A DNA stretch of 64,000 nt from Mobula hypostoma (Eukaryota): positions 148,306,001 to 148,370,000 of the forward strand of contig NC_086097.1 in NCBI RefSeq assembly GCF_963921235.1, in the 5' to 3' direction. A model generated the notes under the pieces. It was not told where the DNA came from. It searched no databases and saw nothing but the letters and a program-made list of their open reading frames with translations. Positions 13,962 to 25,392 of this stretch are shown here, piece by piece. Every line of letters begins with the position of its first letter. Position 1 is the first letter of the stretch. The position numbers were made by a program, and so were the translations under genes.

Positions 13962-14829
13962 TGTTACATACCCCGTAACTGGGTTGCCAAACCAGCAGAA
14001 ACGGATCACTCAGTTGGAGTCTGGATTACTAGAACTAAGAAAGTTTTATTAAAGAAACAAGCAACACAGTACTCTAATCAAAAGGATAATGAATGCAACA
14101 GTTCAGCAATGATAAACATACATGTACACAGAATTCAGATAACAGGATCAATCAAGCTCTATCGTTGTCTAGGGGTAAATGACCAGTTTCAAAGTGACGC
14201 AAAGTTCAGTTCAATTTAGTTCAGTTCAGTTCGCAGTAACCGCTGCCGTGGCGATGGACAGTGGGGGGGAAGGAGAGAGAAAGCAAAAACGAATGAATAT
14301 TCAAGGCTTCCACACACAGACCTTCGCAGTCAGCTTTCGGGCGAGCCCTTTGTGTTGTCATCTGAGGTCACCGACTGTGACCCCTCCGTTTCCAGATACG
14401 ATCGTTTCCCTGCGCTGAACCTGGCACCCAGGCAAGGGGGGACACACACCAGGTTCCCGCCGATCGTGCCTTTCCACCCTGTGCGTTTATGGCCCGGTAC
14501 TACCCACCGACTTGTGAGAGACGCACCGCTTCCAGGGTCTTGTTACCTCGGGTGTCGTGTGTGTCCTGCCTTAGCGAACCTGTCCCTTTTTAACCCCCTG
14601 CTGGGGTATCACCTGTCCATCACTTCAAACAGTTCAGGGTTCAAAGGGGTAGCCGCTCTTGACAGCTCCCTCCTTCTGTTACTCTTTCTCCCCCGTCCCT
14701 TCATTACACATCTCCATATGCTGCTCCATTGTTTTCCTTATCTCTCTCTCTCTCCTGAAGACAGGTGGCAGACCAACTGCTGATCACACAGGACAGCTAA
14801 CATCTTAATCTATGTGTATTCTTGTCACA
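13962..14829 (-). mobile_element. Solo LTR, 868 bp
   Basis: Termini TGTTACA...TGTCACA; exact 4-bp TSD ATGG (13958-13961 / 14830-14833); minus-strand AATAAA near 14045; CpG-rich relative to its flanks. Confidence 0.85.
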
Positions 14830-15099
14830 ATGGCATACATTTCATGAATAAGAAACAACAAGGATGCTGAGTTTGAGACAATAAAATGGAGAATCGTGCT
14901 GGATTATCAACTGTTGATGCAGAGAATGAGAATGCTAACAGACAAGATGATACAATGTAGCCGCTGAAGTCAAATAGAGATTTGATTGTGGCGAGTTAAC
15001 CTTCATCAATTCCTTGGCCAACTTCTCGGTCTTCTTTGTCTTTTCATTCATACCGTATGTGGAAAGTGAGTTGGCACTGCCCTGGTAAACACCACTGCT

Positions 15100-16320
15100 C
15101 AAAGCCCCTCTCTGCTTTTGAAGTGGAGTCGACATTGTTCTGCGGGCAAATGTGGCAGCCAATTACCACACGCCAATGTGCCACAAACAGCAGACATCTC
15201 TTTTCTTTTCAAATCTTTTTTATTATTATCCAAAATTAACACGAGTACATCGAAGTAAGCAACACTTATAATATCTCAAGGAAAAAAAAACATTATTTTA
15301 AAGAGTAAAAAAATTTTGGTGATTAAAAGAAACCCCTACTAAGCAAGAAAAAGTGGGGGAAAAAAAGAAACCCCATTAGGTGTTCAACCCTGGAGCCATG
15401 TGTCATACAAAAAGCTTCTAAAGATAAACATCAAACCGCCAGCAAGAAAAAAAAGTACCAAAAATTTACAATTAGATCGTGGAGGAAATATATCAATTAA
15501 CTCAAATGATAATAACGAGCAAATGAACCCCATCTTTTCTCAAAATCAAACATAGGTTCAAAGGTTCGACTTCTAATTTTCTCCAAACTAAGACATAGCA
15601 TCACTTGAGAGAACCATTGTGACAAAGTGGGAGCTGATGTATCCTTCCACTTCAACAAAATGGCCCTCCTAGCTATCAATGTAACAAATGCAATAACATG
15701 TTGGTCAGACACAGAGATACCATGGATATTTTGAGGAATTATTCCAAAAAGCACAGTTAATTTGTTAGGTTGTAAATTAATTTTAAGTGTTTTGGAAATT
15801 GTTGAAAAAACTGACTTCCAGAACTATTCCAGTATAGAACAAGACCAAAACATTTGTGTCAGTCTCAGTTTTACATCTATCACAATAACTATCAACATTA
15901 GGGAATATTTTACACAGTCTCTCCTTCGTCAAATGGTAACGGTGTACAATTTTAAATTGAATCAGTGAATGACTAGCACAGATCGAGGAAGAGTTAACCA
16001 GTTTCAGAATCCACGTCCAATCCTCCATCATAAAAGTCAAATTGAGTTCCTTTTCCCAATCTTGTTTAATCTTAAATAAAGGATGCTTATCCCATTGTAA
16101 TAGTAAATTATAAATTCTTCCAATGGAACCCTTCATTGAAGGGTTCATACTCATTATACTATCCAACAGGTCAGCATCCAATATGTAAGGAAAATTACTT
16201 AAATATTTTTGTAAGAACTGTCTAACTTGAAGGTATTGTAAAAAGTTCAGCAGACATCTCATTAACGTGTTTTGGTGATGCTGGTTGAGGGAAGAATATT
16301 GATCATGACTGCAGAAAGAT
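15100..16320 (-). mobile_element. Ancient Deu-domain-like SINE remnant split by the L1
   Basis: ttttgaagtg..ggcagccaatt..ccacaaacagca on the left continues as ggtgatgctggttgaggga on the right. Resembles the DeuSINE core from memory. Confidence 0.45.
15201..16247 (-). mobile_element. 5'-truncated L1-clade LINE (ORF2 C-terminus, 3' UTR, A-rich tail)
   Basis: ORFs 15783..16262 and 15497..15754 (YLQVRQF, WEKEL, QFKIVHRYHLT, CDRC, ARRAILLKWK) are typical of the L1 ORF2 C-terminus. 13-bp TSD CAGCAGACATCTC at 15188-15200 and 16248-16260. Confidence 0.9.
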
Positions 16321-17459
16321 AGTGTCCAGATTAGTCAGATGTTCCAAAGTATTAAATATTAAATTGTTACTTATGATTTTGAACAACTAAAAAATAACAG
16401 GACATTAAAACTAAGTTCACTTCATCGTTTTCAACCAGCTTTTGTTTTACTATTTGTTTGGGTATCAGAGATGGAAATAAAGCAGCTTAATAGCTGAGGA
16501 AAGGTGGTATGCTGTGATGATTGATGCACTTCACGTCAAATAATGAGAACCTGGGGCACGGTAATAGGAAGCAGCCGAAACAACAACACTTAATTTGTGC
16601 AGTTGCTTTAAAGTAGTAAAGCATCCCATGTTAAAGGAGCGATATCAAACACAATAAGGTATTGAGCCACATAATTACCAAAATTATATTAGGATAATTA
16701 AGAAAAACTGCTTGCTTTAAGAAGTTTGTTTAAGGAGTGTATATTAATAGAAATAAAGAGGGTTAAGGAGGGAAATCCAGAATTTCAGGCTTCGGCAGCC
16801 TGAAGGCAAAGCTGCCCTGAGTGCTATTAAAACCTGGAATAGTTAAACAACCATATGAAAGCAACATAGAGGCTTAGAAGGATTACAGGACCAGAAGTAG
16901 TTGCAGAGCTAGAAATAGTTTAAGTGTAAACTGACGTACAAATTACGAGCAGGATTAGGCCACTCGACCCCTCTAGCCTACTCGGCATTTAAGTAGATCA
17001 TGGCTACTGGGTCACAGAGAAGGCAGGAGAATGGGGTTGAGAGGGATAATAGATCAGCCATGATGGAATGGCAGAACAGACTCGATGGACTGAATAACAT
17101 AATCCTGCTCCTATGTCTTATGGCCTTGTGGCTGAACTGACTGCAAGCTCAGCTCTGCAATTTTGCCCTGCCTCAGAAAGTTTTCCTTATCAAGAATTTA
17201 TCTGTCTCAGCCACAAAAATATTCTGTTTCCAGCATCTTTGAAAAGTATTCCAAAGATTCACAATATCCTGATAAGAAAAGAAATTCTCCCTAACTTTGC
17301 CTTAACTAGATGTCCTAATTTTCAACAGTAGCCAGAATTCTAAGTTCTCCCAAAAGAGGAATTACCCTCTTTCCATTCACCTCAGGATCCTATGTTTCAA
17401 TCGTTGTCCCTGATGCTACAAAATTATGGAACACATTCTCTAATTTGCTTCAAACACCT

Positions 17460-17720
17460 TGCGTAAATGTACCGTTAAAGCACGGTATGCAAGGCCCAAT
17501 ACACAGAAACACGAGAGGCTGCAGGGAGTGATGGACTCAACCAGCTCCATCATGTTTACGGAAGGTGGCATCTATCATCAGCGACCCCTGCTCTCAGGGC
17601 CATGCCCGCTCCCAGTGCTGGCAAAAAGCAATAGGTTCAGGAGCCTGAAGATCCACATTTCAAGGTTCAACAACAGCTTCTTTGCTCCTGCCATAAAATT
17701 CTTGAACCAAAATGAAATTT
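17460..17720 (+). mobile_element. Rex1/Babar-like LINE 3' fragment
   Basis: RFRSLKIHISRFNNSFFAPAIKFLN, a Rex1-type C-terminal motif. Confidence 0.6.
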
Positions 17721-17859
17721 TTAAGTTTACTACGGACCAGATATCTTTTTCACTCTTCATCTTGCTCGAGTGCCATTATCCTTATTTTGCGGTTTATTTT
17801 GCCCACGTGTAGGCTACGTATAGTTTATAATTTATTTAGGTTATGTATAATATCAGTCC

Positions 17860-18415
17860 ATGGCCGCCACAAATGCCACAATGGAACCTCTCTCAGATTG
17901 GAGGAGCAACACTTCATATTCTGTCTGGGTATCTTCCAAACTAAGGCATGAACATTGCTTTCTCTAATTTCAGGTAAATTTTTCCTCCTCCCCTTTTCTC
18001 TTTTTCCATTCCCCATTTTGGCTCCCTTCTTACCCCTTCTTTTCTCCTCACCTGCACGTGACCTCCCTCTGGTCCCCCCCTCCTTCCCTCTCTCCCATAG
18101 TTTACTGCTCTCAGATTTCTCCTTCTTCAGCCCTTTACCTCTTAACTTAGCACCTCCCAGCTTTTCTGTTCATCCCCCCTCTCCCACCCACTTATTTTTC
18201 CCCACATCTGATGTCACCTATCACTTGCCAACCTGTACTCTTCCCCCCACCCTTAATCTAACTTCTTTCTCCTTCCTTTCCAGTCCTGATGAAGGATTTC
18301 AGCCAAAATGTCAACTATTTATTCTTCTCCATAGATGCTGCCTGACCCGTTGAGTTCCTCAGTGCTTTGTGTTTGTTCCCCTGGAGAATGCCAGCATCTG
18401 CAGAATCTCTTGTGT
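17860..18415 (+). mobile_element. Penelope-derived short repeat with degenerate hammerhead motif
   Basis: RLEEQHFIFCLG-like GIY-YIG tail, a pyrimidine-rich tract, agtcCTGATGAagg at about 18282, and the gatgctgcctgacc..ccagcatctgcaga terminus shared by many copies here. Confidence 0.65.
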
Positions 18416-20974
18416 TTATATTTAATTCATGTTATTTTAAGTTTTATGCTAACTTATGTTTGTCCTCTTCTTGCAATGTACTGTTCTGCTGCAACAAACA
18501 GTTTACTTTCATGGCATTTATCCCCTGTGGATGGATGCCCATGGATGCATGCCTTTGACAACAATAAACTTGAACTTGAACAGAATCCCCCCACTTTTGT
18601 ATTTAATTCTTTTCACTATAAATGAAAGCACTCTATTAGCTTTCCTAATTGCTTGTTGTATTTGCATATTAACCTTTAGCAAATTATGCATCGCGCATCT
18701 AGATTTCTCTGCAACTCAGCAATCTCTCACCATTTACATTATATGTGCTCTTAATAAATTTTCTTGCCAAAATGTACAATTTCACATTTTTCCCACATTA
18801 TAGTCTAAGTGCTACTTTATTGTCCTCTTATTTAACCTATCTATATCACTCTGTATAAAACAAGAAAATGCTCGAAACACCCAGCAGATCAGGTAGCATC
18901 TGATGAAAGAGGAAAAAATTTAACATCATATGTTGAAGATCCTGTCATACTGTCTCCTTATATTCTTTTCATAACTTACATTATGGCTTTTCCTTGTGTC
19001 ATCAGCAAATTTTTTATCCACATCTTCAACGCATTCATTCAATAAATTGTAAATTGAAATAAATTGCACAATCTTGCGGCATACTGCTTGATACATCTTG
19101 ACAACCAAAAAACAATCCATTTATGCCTACATTTAGTTTTCTGTTAGCCATCAATTTTCTATTGACATTTTTTCTTATTTCCCGCAATAATCTTTAATGA
19201 AGGTGATAAAATAACCTAAAAACAGAATGGGAATTTAAAACTGAGACATTACTTCCTGGTTCAGCAATGTTGGTCAACAAGTGTGTTGGGAAGTAGTTAG
19301 AGAAAAAACACAACATAATTTGGATCACAGGTTAGCTTCACATGAAACACAAGAATTCAGCAGGAAGGAACATGTTGAATTTAGTAAAGAAGGCATGTGT
19401 GGAAGTTTCAGCAGCAAATGATACAGTGACACAGTATCCAGTGCTGTGAAACTAGAAGAACATTGTGTGTTGCAACTTCCTGGAGTACCTTCAAACAACA
19501 TTAGAAACCCTAGCTAACCAGGACACAAGCAGAACTTTACACAATTTGAACATGAGGCCCATTGATATAACAATCATTTTGGTTTAGAATGATCTGCAGT
19601 CCTGAAAAAGCTTTGAGACACAGTTCGCTGTAGGGTTTGTGGCAGTCAAAGAATTGGGCCAGTAATCAGATTCCCGGAATAGAAAAACCTCATCTGTTTA
19701 GAACAGACAGCTCAATTCTGTTTTCTTGATTTTTGTTATGAAAGCAAACAGGATAATGTTTATACAAAGCAGGGGCTCCTTTTAATAAATCGTGCTGATA
19801 CAGTGGTTCACAAACCACTGGTTTCCTCATGTGGTGAATCCATGGCATGTGCTGACATATAGTTGAAATTAAACTTCTCATTCCTGAATATTTTGTTTTT
19901 GCTGTAGTTCCCTGTAGTCACTAGATGATTTTAAGGCTGTGATCTATAGGGTTGGCTTTAGAAGTTGCTGACTAAAGACACCAGTCCTTCCCATTTGCAG
20001 ATGAAGGTGAGATTGTGAGGTGTTCAACGGGGGACCAAGATGCTCAGAGCCTTTTTATTTCTGTCTGCTGCTCCACTCCAAATCAACAATGCAAACGCTC
20101 ACACACATAACAACCTCACTCAAGGTTGGTTTACTTTGAGGGACATTATGTTCTGAAATAGTATTTCCGATTATCAGTTTCAAAACAAGCATGTATCGTC
20201 CTGTTCTCCTGAAATGTTTGTGTTAGCTCTTGTCCTTCAAACACCAGCAGTTTAATATGACAGAATAGCTTGCTGGACCACATTAGAAAACAGTAGTGTT
20301 TACCTATTTTGATATGAACTCATATCTGAACCACCAGCAAAATGATGAAAAATTTCACATTAGTAAGTCAATTGAGCTACTATAACAATATTTTGATACC
20401 AGGGTCCAGTCCAATCTGATTTTATTGAACAGCCTTAATTTTCAAACAACAGAAAATGTGCAGATGCTGGAAATCAAAGCAACACATACCAAACTGTGGA
20501 GCCCACCTTCTTGCTCTGACTCCTTATTTTCTTTTCCAGCCCTGATGAAGGGTCTCAGCCAGAAATGCCGTCTGTTCATAGATGCTGCCTGGCTTGTGGT
20601 GTTTAGGTGGATTGTATTTGTCAATTGCCTACTAAGCAAAACCATCTGCCAATACATATTGTCCTCTTTTGTTGTGTTGAATATACATCTAAGGATATGA
20701 AACCTCTGCAGGTAAACAGAGGTACAGATCAACAAGAAACTGGTTCAGTTCAAAGCAGCTTCCAGGTGCTATGTTGCACCTCCCCTCAATACATTTCTAA
20801 AACCTGGTTTGAGTGTATATTCAATGATACATTCCATCCAGCACTCTGGAGAAATGCATTCCACTACATCTACTTAACTCCTATTTACTTACACAGGCAA
20901 AGAAGGATTCTGAGTGTTCAGTTTTCTTTTTCTTGGTGGACACAAGAATATGAAGCTGCTCCTATTTCAGAAAA

Positions 20975-21480
20975 GATGCAGGTGCTGGCATTGAAGAGGA
21001 TCCAGAGGAGGTTCACAAGAATGGTCCCAAGAATGAAAGAATTAGTGTATGAGGAGCATTAGATGGCTCTGGGCCTGTACGCACTGGAGTTTAGCAGAAT
21101 GACAGGATGGGATACAGGAAGGATCTCATTGAAAACTACTGAATATTTAAAGGCCTAATTAGAATGGGCGTGGAGGGGATGATTCCATTAGTGGGAGAGT
21201 CTAGGACTAAAGTGCACAGCCTCAGAATACAAGGATGTCCCTTTTCAACTCTAATCTATGTGGAATTCAATGCCATAAATGGCTGTGGAGGTCAGGTAAT
21301 TGGATATATATAATGTGGAAGTTGACAGGTTCTTGACTAGTAAGGGTGTCAAAAGTTACTAGGAGAAGGCAGGAGAATGGGGTTGAGAGGGAAAATAAAT
21401 CAGCCATATTTGAATGGCAGATCAGATTTAATGGGATGAATGGTTTAATTCTGCTCCAATGTTTTATGATCTTATGGTTA
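20975..21480 (+). mobile_element. Degenerate CR1 3' fragment
   Basis: LKRIQRRFTRMVP motif and CR1-type 3' UTR. Confidence 0.8.
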
Positions 21481-22984
21481 TTATCAACTTTCTGTGGGGC
21501 TGATCACAGCATTGCATCAACTGCAATGTTGGCATGCTGCACTTGGGGCTATTAAGGTCTGATTGGTGATGCATTTGACCTTATATGGAGCCTGAAATAT
21601 TTGATCCTTTTTTTTTCTTTTCTGAGAATTGTACTTGCAAGAACAAGAACAAAGAAATGAAGATTGATATTGAAAATGAAGACTCACACTCAAATGTGAA
21701 TGGGATAGTGAAAGAGACAAAATTGTGTCAGCGAGTGAAGAGGATTGCCCTAGCAACTCCTTATGAGATTAGTTATGTCCAGGCAGAATCAATTGGTGAA
21801 CTTTAGCCATGTACACATCTGGAATGGAAAAGTACTCATGGACACCATAGGAAGCACTTTCTGGGGCTTTCATGCATGAAAATCACTTCTGTAATACTTC
21901 TGAACATATGGCTGAATGATAGAAGCAAACATTGTGAAATTCAGCCTCTTATGTCACTAATATGGATATAGATAAAAATGGTCTGCTATCTACACATCAA
22001 ATGAGTCTCTTGTGACTAATAGATGTGTATTTTAAGTGCAAGATTGGATAAAGAAAGAATGGAAAATTATCCAAAATGCCACCATTTTTTTTAGAAGATG
22101 AGAGAACATCAGTTGCTGTTTCATGTTACCGTTTTTGCAATTCCTCTCTCAAACCAACGGCACAGTGGCATTCTTCAACTGATTATTGATTTCATTCCTG
22201 TAAAGTGATTACTTTGCATTTGCTGTGTACACTGTAACTTTTGCCATAAATAGGTAACATTGGAGTCAGAGCTTGTCTCACGTAACTTTCACAGTTCGAT
22301 CTATTGGAGGCTGGCTTGCTTAATTCTAAAATTTCTGTGATATTTATATTAAAAAGACAACAAAAATGTCAGCACAGAAGTTCAGTCAACTCCCTCATGG
22401 CTGTTTCAGTGCTGGTCCCGTGTCACAGCTAGCAATTTAATCCTATTTCCTTGCACTTTCCTCAAAAAGTTTAATAAGTTTCAAGGGATTATTTGATTTC
22501 CTCTTTAATATTGTGATTAACTAATTCCAGCTGCCACTCATAGCCATGGATTCCTTATCTAATAACATTTTTTGTCGAAGATTCCTTTGGAACTCTCTCC
22601 TTTACACAGCCAGCAAATATATGGTTCCTTGTTACTGATACATTTACAGTACGTATACAGATCTATAGAAAATGATGCCAGTCCCAAGTTTTGTCTGTAT
22701 TCTCATTGTATCTGTGCCTACTCACTATTACCTCAGGACCATTGATGCCCAGGGTGCTTCGATGACCATTTACGAGGAATTATTATGGTGCAACTATTTT
22801 AAATGAGTGCACTGGCAAGCAACCTGCCAATTCAGTGCAGTTGCAACCTTTCACTTAAACAGCTATCATCTGCATGAGAAATTAATATTGCCTTCAGTTC
22901 TAGCCAGCACATCTTTCTGGTAGCCAAAATACCAGCTTTACTTAGTGCATAGTACATTTGTGTTACGTCGAAAGATCACAGCTT

Positions 22985-23159
22985 TTGTACTCCATTCCAG
23001 AGGAGTGAGTCTATAATCCAGGCTAATGCTCCAGCACAGTACTGAGTAATTGGTGCTCTGTTGAAAGTGCCAACGTTTGCTGGATAGGTTAGATTTCAAC
23101 TCCTGTTTGTTCTTTCCCAATTATATAAATGAATCACATGACACCCTTTGAAGAAGTGT
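22985..23159 (+). mobile_element. Deu-domain-like SINE remnant interrupted by the CR1 (continues near 25393-25470)
   Basis: ataatccaggctaatgctccagcacagtactgag...tttgaagaag resembles a shark DeuSINE from memory. Confidence 0.45.
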
Positions 23160-25392
23160 ATAGAAACACAGAAACATAGAAAATAGGTGCAGGAGTAGGC
23201 CATTCGGCCCTTCGAGCCTGCACCGCCATTTATTATGATCATGGCTGATCATCCAACTCAGAACCCAGCCTTCCCTCCATACCCCCTGACCCCTGTAGCC
23301 ACAAGGGCCATATCTAACTTCCTTTTAAACATAGCTAATGAACTGGCCTCAACAGTTTGCTGTGGCAGAGAATTCCACAGATTCACCACTCTCTGTGTGA
23401 AGAAGTTTTTCCTAATCTCGGTCCTAAAAGGTTTCCCCTCTATCCTCAAACTGTGACCCCTCGTTCTGGACCTCCCCAACATCGGGAACAATCTTCCCGC
23501 ATCTAGCCTGTCCAATCCCTTTAGGATCTTATACGTTTCAATCAGATCCCCCCTCAATCTTCTAAATTCCAACGAGTACAAGCCCAGTTCATCCAGTCTT
23601 TCTTCATATGAAAGACCTGCCATCCCAGGAATCAATCTGGTGAACCTTCTTTGTACTCCCTCTATGGCAAAGATGTCTTTCCTCAGATTAGGGGACCAAA
23701 ACTGCACACAATACTCCAGGTGTGGTCTCACCAAGGCCTTGTACAACTGCAGTAGTACCTCCCTGCTCCTGTACTCGAATCCTCTCGCTATAAATGCCAG
23801 CATACCGTTCGCCTTTTTCACCGCCTGCTGTACCTGCATGCCCACTTTCAATGACTGGTGTATAATGACACCCAGGTCTCGTTGCACCTCCCCTTTTCCT
23901 AATCGGCCACCATTCAGATAACAATCTGTTTTCCTATTTTTGCCACCAAAGTGGATAACTTCACATTTATCCACATTAAATTGCATCTGCCATGAGTTTG
24001 CCCACTCACCCAACCTATCCAAGTCACCCTGCATCCTCTTAGCATCCTCCTCACTGCTAACACTGCCACCCAGCTTCGTGTCATCCGCAAACTTGGAGAT
24101 GCTGCATTTAATTCCCTCATCCAAGTCATTAATATATATTGTAAACAACTGGGGTCCCAGCACTGAGCCTTGCGGTACCCCACTAGTCACCGCCTGCCAT
24201 TCTGAAAAGGTCCCGTTTATTCCCACTCTTTGCTTCCTGTCTGCTAACCAATTCTCCACCCACACCAATACCTTACCCCCAATACCGTGTGCTTTAAGTT
24301 TGCACACTAATCTCCTGTGTGGGACCTTCTCAAAAGCCTTTTGAAAATCCAAATATACCACATCCACTGGTTCTCCCCTATCCACTCTACTAGTTACATC
24401 CTCAAAAAATTCTATGAGATTCGTCAGACATGATTTTCCTTTCACAAATCCATGCTGACTTTGTCCGATCATTTCACCGCTTTCCAAATGTGCTGTTATC
24501 ACATCCTTGATAACTGACTCCAGCAGTTTCCCCACCTTCGACGTTAGGCTAACGGGCCTATAATTCCCCGGTTTCTCTCTCCCTCCTTTTTTAAAAAGTG
24601 GGGTTACATTAGCCACCCTCCAATCCTCAGGAACTAGTCCAGAATCTAACGAGTTTTGAAAAATTATCACTAATGCATCCACTATTTCTTGGGCTACTTC
24701 CTTAAGCACTCTGGGATGCAGACCATCTGGCCCTGGGGATTTATCTGCCTTCAATCCCTTCAATTTACCTAACACCACTTCCCTACTAACATGTATTTCA
24801 CTCAGTTCCTCCATCTCACTGGACCCTCTGTCCCTTACTATTTCTGGAAGATTATTTATGTCCTCCTTAGTGAAGACAGAACCAAAATAATTATTCAATT
24901 GGTCTGCCATATCCTTGCTCCCCATAATCAATTCACCTGTTTCTGTCTGCAGGGGACCTACATTTGTCTTTATCAGTCTTTTCCTTTTTACATATCTATA
25001 AAAGCTTTTACAGTCCGTTTTTATGTTCTCTGCCAGTTTTCTCTCATAATCTTTTTTCCCCTTCCTAATTAAGCCCTTTGTCCTCCTCTGCTGAACTCTG
25101 AATTTCTCCCAGTCCTCAGGTGAGCCACTTTCTCTGGCTAATTTGTATGCTACTTCTTTGGAATTGATACTATCCCTAATTTCTCTTGTCAGCCACGGGT
25201 GCACTACCTTCCTTGATTTATTCTTTTGCCAAACTGGGATGAACAATTGTTGTAGTTCATCCATGCAACCTTTAAATGCCTGCCATTGCATATCCACCGT
25301 CAATCCTTTAAGTGTCATTTGCCAGTCTATCTTAGGTAATTCACGACTCATACCTTCAAAGTTACCCCTCTTTAAGTTCAGAACCTTTGTTT
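23160..25392 (-). mobile_element. 5'-truncated CR1-clade LINE (HER1-like) with an uninterrupted RT frame
   Basis: ORF 23258..25423: KSPGPDGLHP, NYRPVSLTS, YLDFQKAF, SGVPQGSVLGP, KFADDTK, CVQFWSP. 3' tail of (TTTCTATG)-like repeats at about 23160-23185. No APE domain present. Confidence 0.95.
23258..25392 (-). CDS. CR1 ORF2 fragment (reverse transcriptase); the first ~10 aa of the listed ORF come from flank
   Basis: About 710 codons without a stop, with FADD intact. Confidence 0.75.

Noticed and set aside
14352..14783. 143-aa ORF
   Set aside because: Lies wholly within the solo LTR, has no recognisable domain and is explained by high GC.
17955..18353. 132-aa Pro/Ser/Leu/Phe-rich ORF
   Set aside because: Translation of the pyrimidine-rich tract of the Penelope-derived repeat; similar ORFs occur at every copy.
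21585..21806. ORF resembling a plus-strand terminal exon (ENCTCKNKNKEMK...GEL*)
   Set aside because: The acceptor would be a rare GAG and I found no phase-consistent upstream exons. Unsupported, though not excluded.
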